64,000 nucleotides of DNA from Raillietiella orientalis. Lineage: Eukaryota. Position 1 is the first letter of the stretch. Every line of letters starts with the position of its first letter. Under the pieces are notes generated by a model. The model was given only the letters and a program-made list of their open reading frames with translations, had not been told where the DNA came from and did no database searches. The stretch is taken from contig JAYWIR010000007.1 in NCBI GenBank assembly GCA_036172245.1, positions 62,001 through 126,000 of the forward strand, written 5' to 3'. The position numbers and the translations under genes were made by a program. Below, in pieces: positions 60,322 to 64,000 of this stretch.

Positions 60322-62329
60322 GAATTTGTTTGTTAAATACTTTGTTAAAAATTCTGGTACCTCATTCGAGCACATGTAGATTGATTACAGGTCTTACGAA
60401 AAAATTATTATGATCCTCCTACTCTTGTGATACTGCAGTGGCAGTTTATGGCCCATGAAAATTACCTATGGTGTGATTGTTGCTAGTTGAAAGCTTTATT
60501 CAAAAGCCTACCAAAGTGTCACTATGGCTATTTTTGCGTGCTTAGACAGGACAAATTAGACTGGTCCAAGAGAGTCTACCCTCCCATTAAGTGATAAACA
60601 ACTTATCAACTATACCAATCCAGTATTGTAAAAATGCAGTGCAGGACAATGTGGAGACCTCAAACAATCACCAACCCGAAGCAATGGCATATCCGAGTAA
60701 CAGCGTGGACACCAAACAGCACCAGTTTGTGGCCATGCAGTGAGGGGAGTTTCAACAAGCAGGCATATGTGGCAGCAAGGGTTACACCCTCTGCAACCTT
60801 GTGGTCAAGGCATCCATATTTGGATGGAAAGGAAATGCATATAGAAGGAAGGAAAATCGGAAATGTTAATAGGCCTCTCTGCACGACTTTGGTCTCAGTG
60901 TGGAGGCTCTCAGGGATAGCAACTGCATCACTCTAGCAGAGTGTCCGCTGCAAGAGTGTCCCGAGCCGTGAAAGCGTTTTTCCGTTCGGGATTTATCTGC
61001 CACATCCACAGGAAAGTCTGCATAGGACCGAAGGTTTTCGAACGACGCGTTCTGAAACAAGGAAGGTGGGAACTTCAGTGCGAGCATAAATCAGTGCGTG
61101 GACGTTGTCATCGTCATTGTCACATTTGTACAGCGTGCTCATTATGAGTATTTGAACACAGTTTTATGAACCGATTCCAATCTGGTACATAAACGAGGAC
61201 GTGTTGCAAATTCTTTGCTTCTTGGGAAAGCGTGACCACTTGAAAACTCCCCGGCTATATTTTGCGACTGAGCGACATCTGGTGCCATATGTGGAATGAT
61301 AGAGGTGCATGGACCACTAAGGCACCAGAACGTGCATCGGTTCGTTCTTCTGCAAACCGCACGACTCTTCGAGAGGCGCTTCCGCTGCCGCGCAGCTGAG
61401 ATCAGTCCGCAGTGGTCTTGGCGAATGTCGTTAGAAGAGCTCGGTTATTCTCAAAGAGACCTCAAGCTCGCCCTCGGGAACAGCCGGTTCGCCAAGGTCG
61501 GCGATCTTTTCACCTGGCACCTTTTCATCAGATTCAGCACGAGCTGTTTTTTATTTTTTTTGTATCGACCCAGCGTCGTGGATCCAGTTCTCAAAAAAAT
61601 GTTTGTTACCTGACAACACGGAAAAAGGGATTGATCTGACGCCACGGAAGAGTCGACTTCAAGAGTTTGCAACAGCTTTTTTTGTTGTTTCCTTAGGAAA
61701 AACCGAAAATAGGAGGAAGATTAATGGAGCGCGCTGTGCATCTAGCTTTGCATTCAGTATTTCAGCGAAAACTGCATCTCCAGTGATCCCTCAAACTGTG
61801 AAAAGTCCTCTGTGAGAGGTCGAGTTTGACAGAGCTTTCTGAAGTTTCGTTTCTTTATGCCCATGAAATGTCAAAGAGCGGTTTATTCTGTCGGAGCTCC
61901 AAGTCTCTCTGGATCTCCTCCAGCTTCTCTACCGTTCTCGATGGTTTGATTCAAGGCGACGGGAATTTCGATTTTTGACACCTGTTTTTTTTTTTTCTAA
62001 ATCTTTGAGTTCTACATTCCTGGCTATTGATCTGCGGTCCCGGGAATCCCCATGCTCTCCCCTGGACCGCCTTTGCTCGGTTGTTTTGTTGTCACTTTGA
62101 CGAAACTTCACCGATCGGAGTGTCCTCCCATATCTGGAAGGATTTTCCTTGCTTGCCTTCATTTCAACTCTCCGTTGAGGGCGAGTGTTCTCTTGGTTAC
62201 GACTCATCCATCTTCAGAGTCTTGTTCCTCTCCAGCGTCTACCCTCCTCCTCCTTTCTCCTCCCATTTTTCTTTAGTGCGAGCACAGGTTCAGCTCCTGG
62301 GAAGAGCATAGCGCCGAAAGTCACTGGGA

Positions 62330-64000
62330 CACTGCAGGAAACTAATGTCGCTGACATCCCACTCTGGAGAGGTACCAATCCACCAACTCCATGCTAGAAG
62401 ATGGAGGGGGTCTTCTTTCCTTCCCGAGAAGGAGGGGACGGCTCAATTTGCACGACTGAAGGGGAACCGATTCCTTGATCCTGATTACTCGAAGGACCCG
62501 GAGGGTCAACTTCCGATCCCTGACACTCACAGGGAGCATGAGGTCTTTCAGCTTCCACAGTTCAGAATCCTTTCATCTTCCTTCTTCCGAGAGAAAGTGC
62601 CCGGGTTTGTCGATTTCAGATGTGTGCGTGGGACACACCTGTGCTTTTTTGAGGAGGGAGCAACCACCGGATGCGCTGAATGGCAGGTATTTCTTTGCCG
62701 ACGCACGCGCACTTCAAGCAGAGAGTCCCAATCTGCCACGTCTTCCGTTTACCCTCCCATCTGCTTCGGGTGCCGCGTCGTTTCCAGGTGAGAAGCAGCT
62801 GCTTATGGGCCCCACCAACCCGAAGGTTGCACCATATGGACTCCTTCGCAGGAATTTACTGTCCCTAAAGTGAGGTAGAGTGCAGCAGGAGGGGGGAAAA
62901 TGACGACGACAGAGTCCCCCCCCCCCCCCCGAGCTATATGCCGCCATCGGACAAGGGGGCTCGCCAGAGAGCACGCATCGTGGCCAGTGTCCACCGCCCG
63001 TCGCGGACTGACGTTCCCTTTGCGCGCGCCGTGGAAACGGCGCGTTCAGTTTCGATCCCAGGGTCCCAGGCAGTTCGTGATCGTTGGTGGTCAAAACGCA
63101 GATCCAAGAGGCTGGGAGGTGGGATGGAACTGCCAAGAAGGAACCCGGATAGGGAAGCGGGTCGACTGCTTCGACGGAAGCCGCGAGATGAAGGAACAGG
63201 ACGGATACTGAAAGATGACGCTGGTTGACCTATAAACTATTCGGATAAGCCACCAGTAGTGGTTCAAACCAGTGCCCCAAATGAGTGGGCGGAACAATGG
63301 GTAGTCGACCTACGGGTCATTCGAGGAATACAGGAGTGAGGGAGAGTTGCCCCTACGGTTGTGCAAAGGAGAACGAACGTCCAGTGTCCGATCTCCTTTG
63401 TGTAGAAGACATCTCCGGTTCGTTCACATGAAGGAAACAATCAATGAGATAATGGTGAAATATTGTGAGGAAGGAATGCTACTGGAAAAAGAGAATGACC
63501 ACAGCAGCACGCCAAAGTCAGGAAAGCGAATGCTTGGAGGGAGGTACAAGTGAGACAGAGAAAAAGGTGGGCAAAGACGCCAATCCGAGGAAAAAATAGC
63601 CAACCCCCCGAGATAGAAAAAGAAACGTGTAAAATTCCCTTGAGAGTAATGCTTTCCTTCCTGTCGTCGGCCAGGAGTCTACAGGTTCATATCAACGTCA
63701 TGTAGAGCCAACATAAGAGAAGGATCACGAGGATAATCGCGCGTGACGACATCGTTTGCTTACAAGAAACTCATGAAAGGGGACAAAACATCAGCCTGGA
63801 ACTGGAATGGCAATCAAACGCCAGAATCTGTGATGAGGCCTCTGGAACAGAATGAATGGACAATGCTCCTTCGAAGGCATCCCGCAGTATCCAGGAAAGG
63901 AAATCACCAAGTAGCAGCCAACAGGGATGATGGGTCATCACTCGGAAGATGCAAAATGCGAAGCCCCCAGGGGGCTTGAGCGAGTTGCCTGAGGAGCTCC
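62330..64000 (+). mobile_element. Decayed LINE endonuclease and linker region, related to 54090-54290; runs off the window
   Basis: Shares GGGACGGCTC and CGGAGGGTCAACTTC with the 54.2 kb copy; SSVYPP at ~62741, TDVPFA at ~63007, YKKLMKGDKTSAW at ~63761-63800 (YKxxIxxAKxxSW). Confidence 0.55.

Noticed and set aside
60620..60730. KQWHIRVTAWTP, resembling an RTE-LINE C-terminus
   Set aside because: One short motif only; too weak to call.
1..64000. CRISPR arrays, prokaryotic operons or defence systems
   Set aside because: No regularly spaced repeats were seen, and the genes have spliceosomal introns.

Overview
This is eukaryotic genomic DNA from an invertebrate animal. The 44-52 nt introns and TTTTCAG-type acceptor would fit a nematode, but the taxon cannot be fixed from sequence alone. 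Two protein-coding genes assemble with clean GT-AG junctions and intact frames: a 4-exon secreted meteorin-like gene (+, 291-8436, 327 aa, 10 mature-chain Cys) and a 6-exon ATP12/ATPAF2 F1 assembly chaperone gene (+, 58682-59694, 257 aa). The latter sits in an AT-rich island (~55.4-62 kb). The very GC-rich DNA between them (~9-55 kb) yields many long spurious ORFs. By motif-level reading it is a graveyard of heavily decayed non-LTR retrotransposons (APE endonuclease, RT, RNase H and CCHC remnants in both orientations). Within it are four local inverted duplications of RT fragments, the best being 291-bp arms at ~97% identity covering decayed RT motifs 4-6. Other leads are a candidate spliced non-coding or decayed transcript head-to-head with ATP12, a tRNA-like relic, and an AT-rich insert with a stop-interrupted frame ending in a hairpin. 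All transposon calls are by-eye motif matches and need HMM confirmation.
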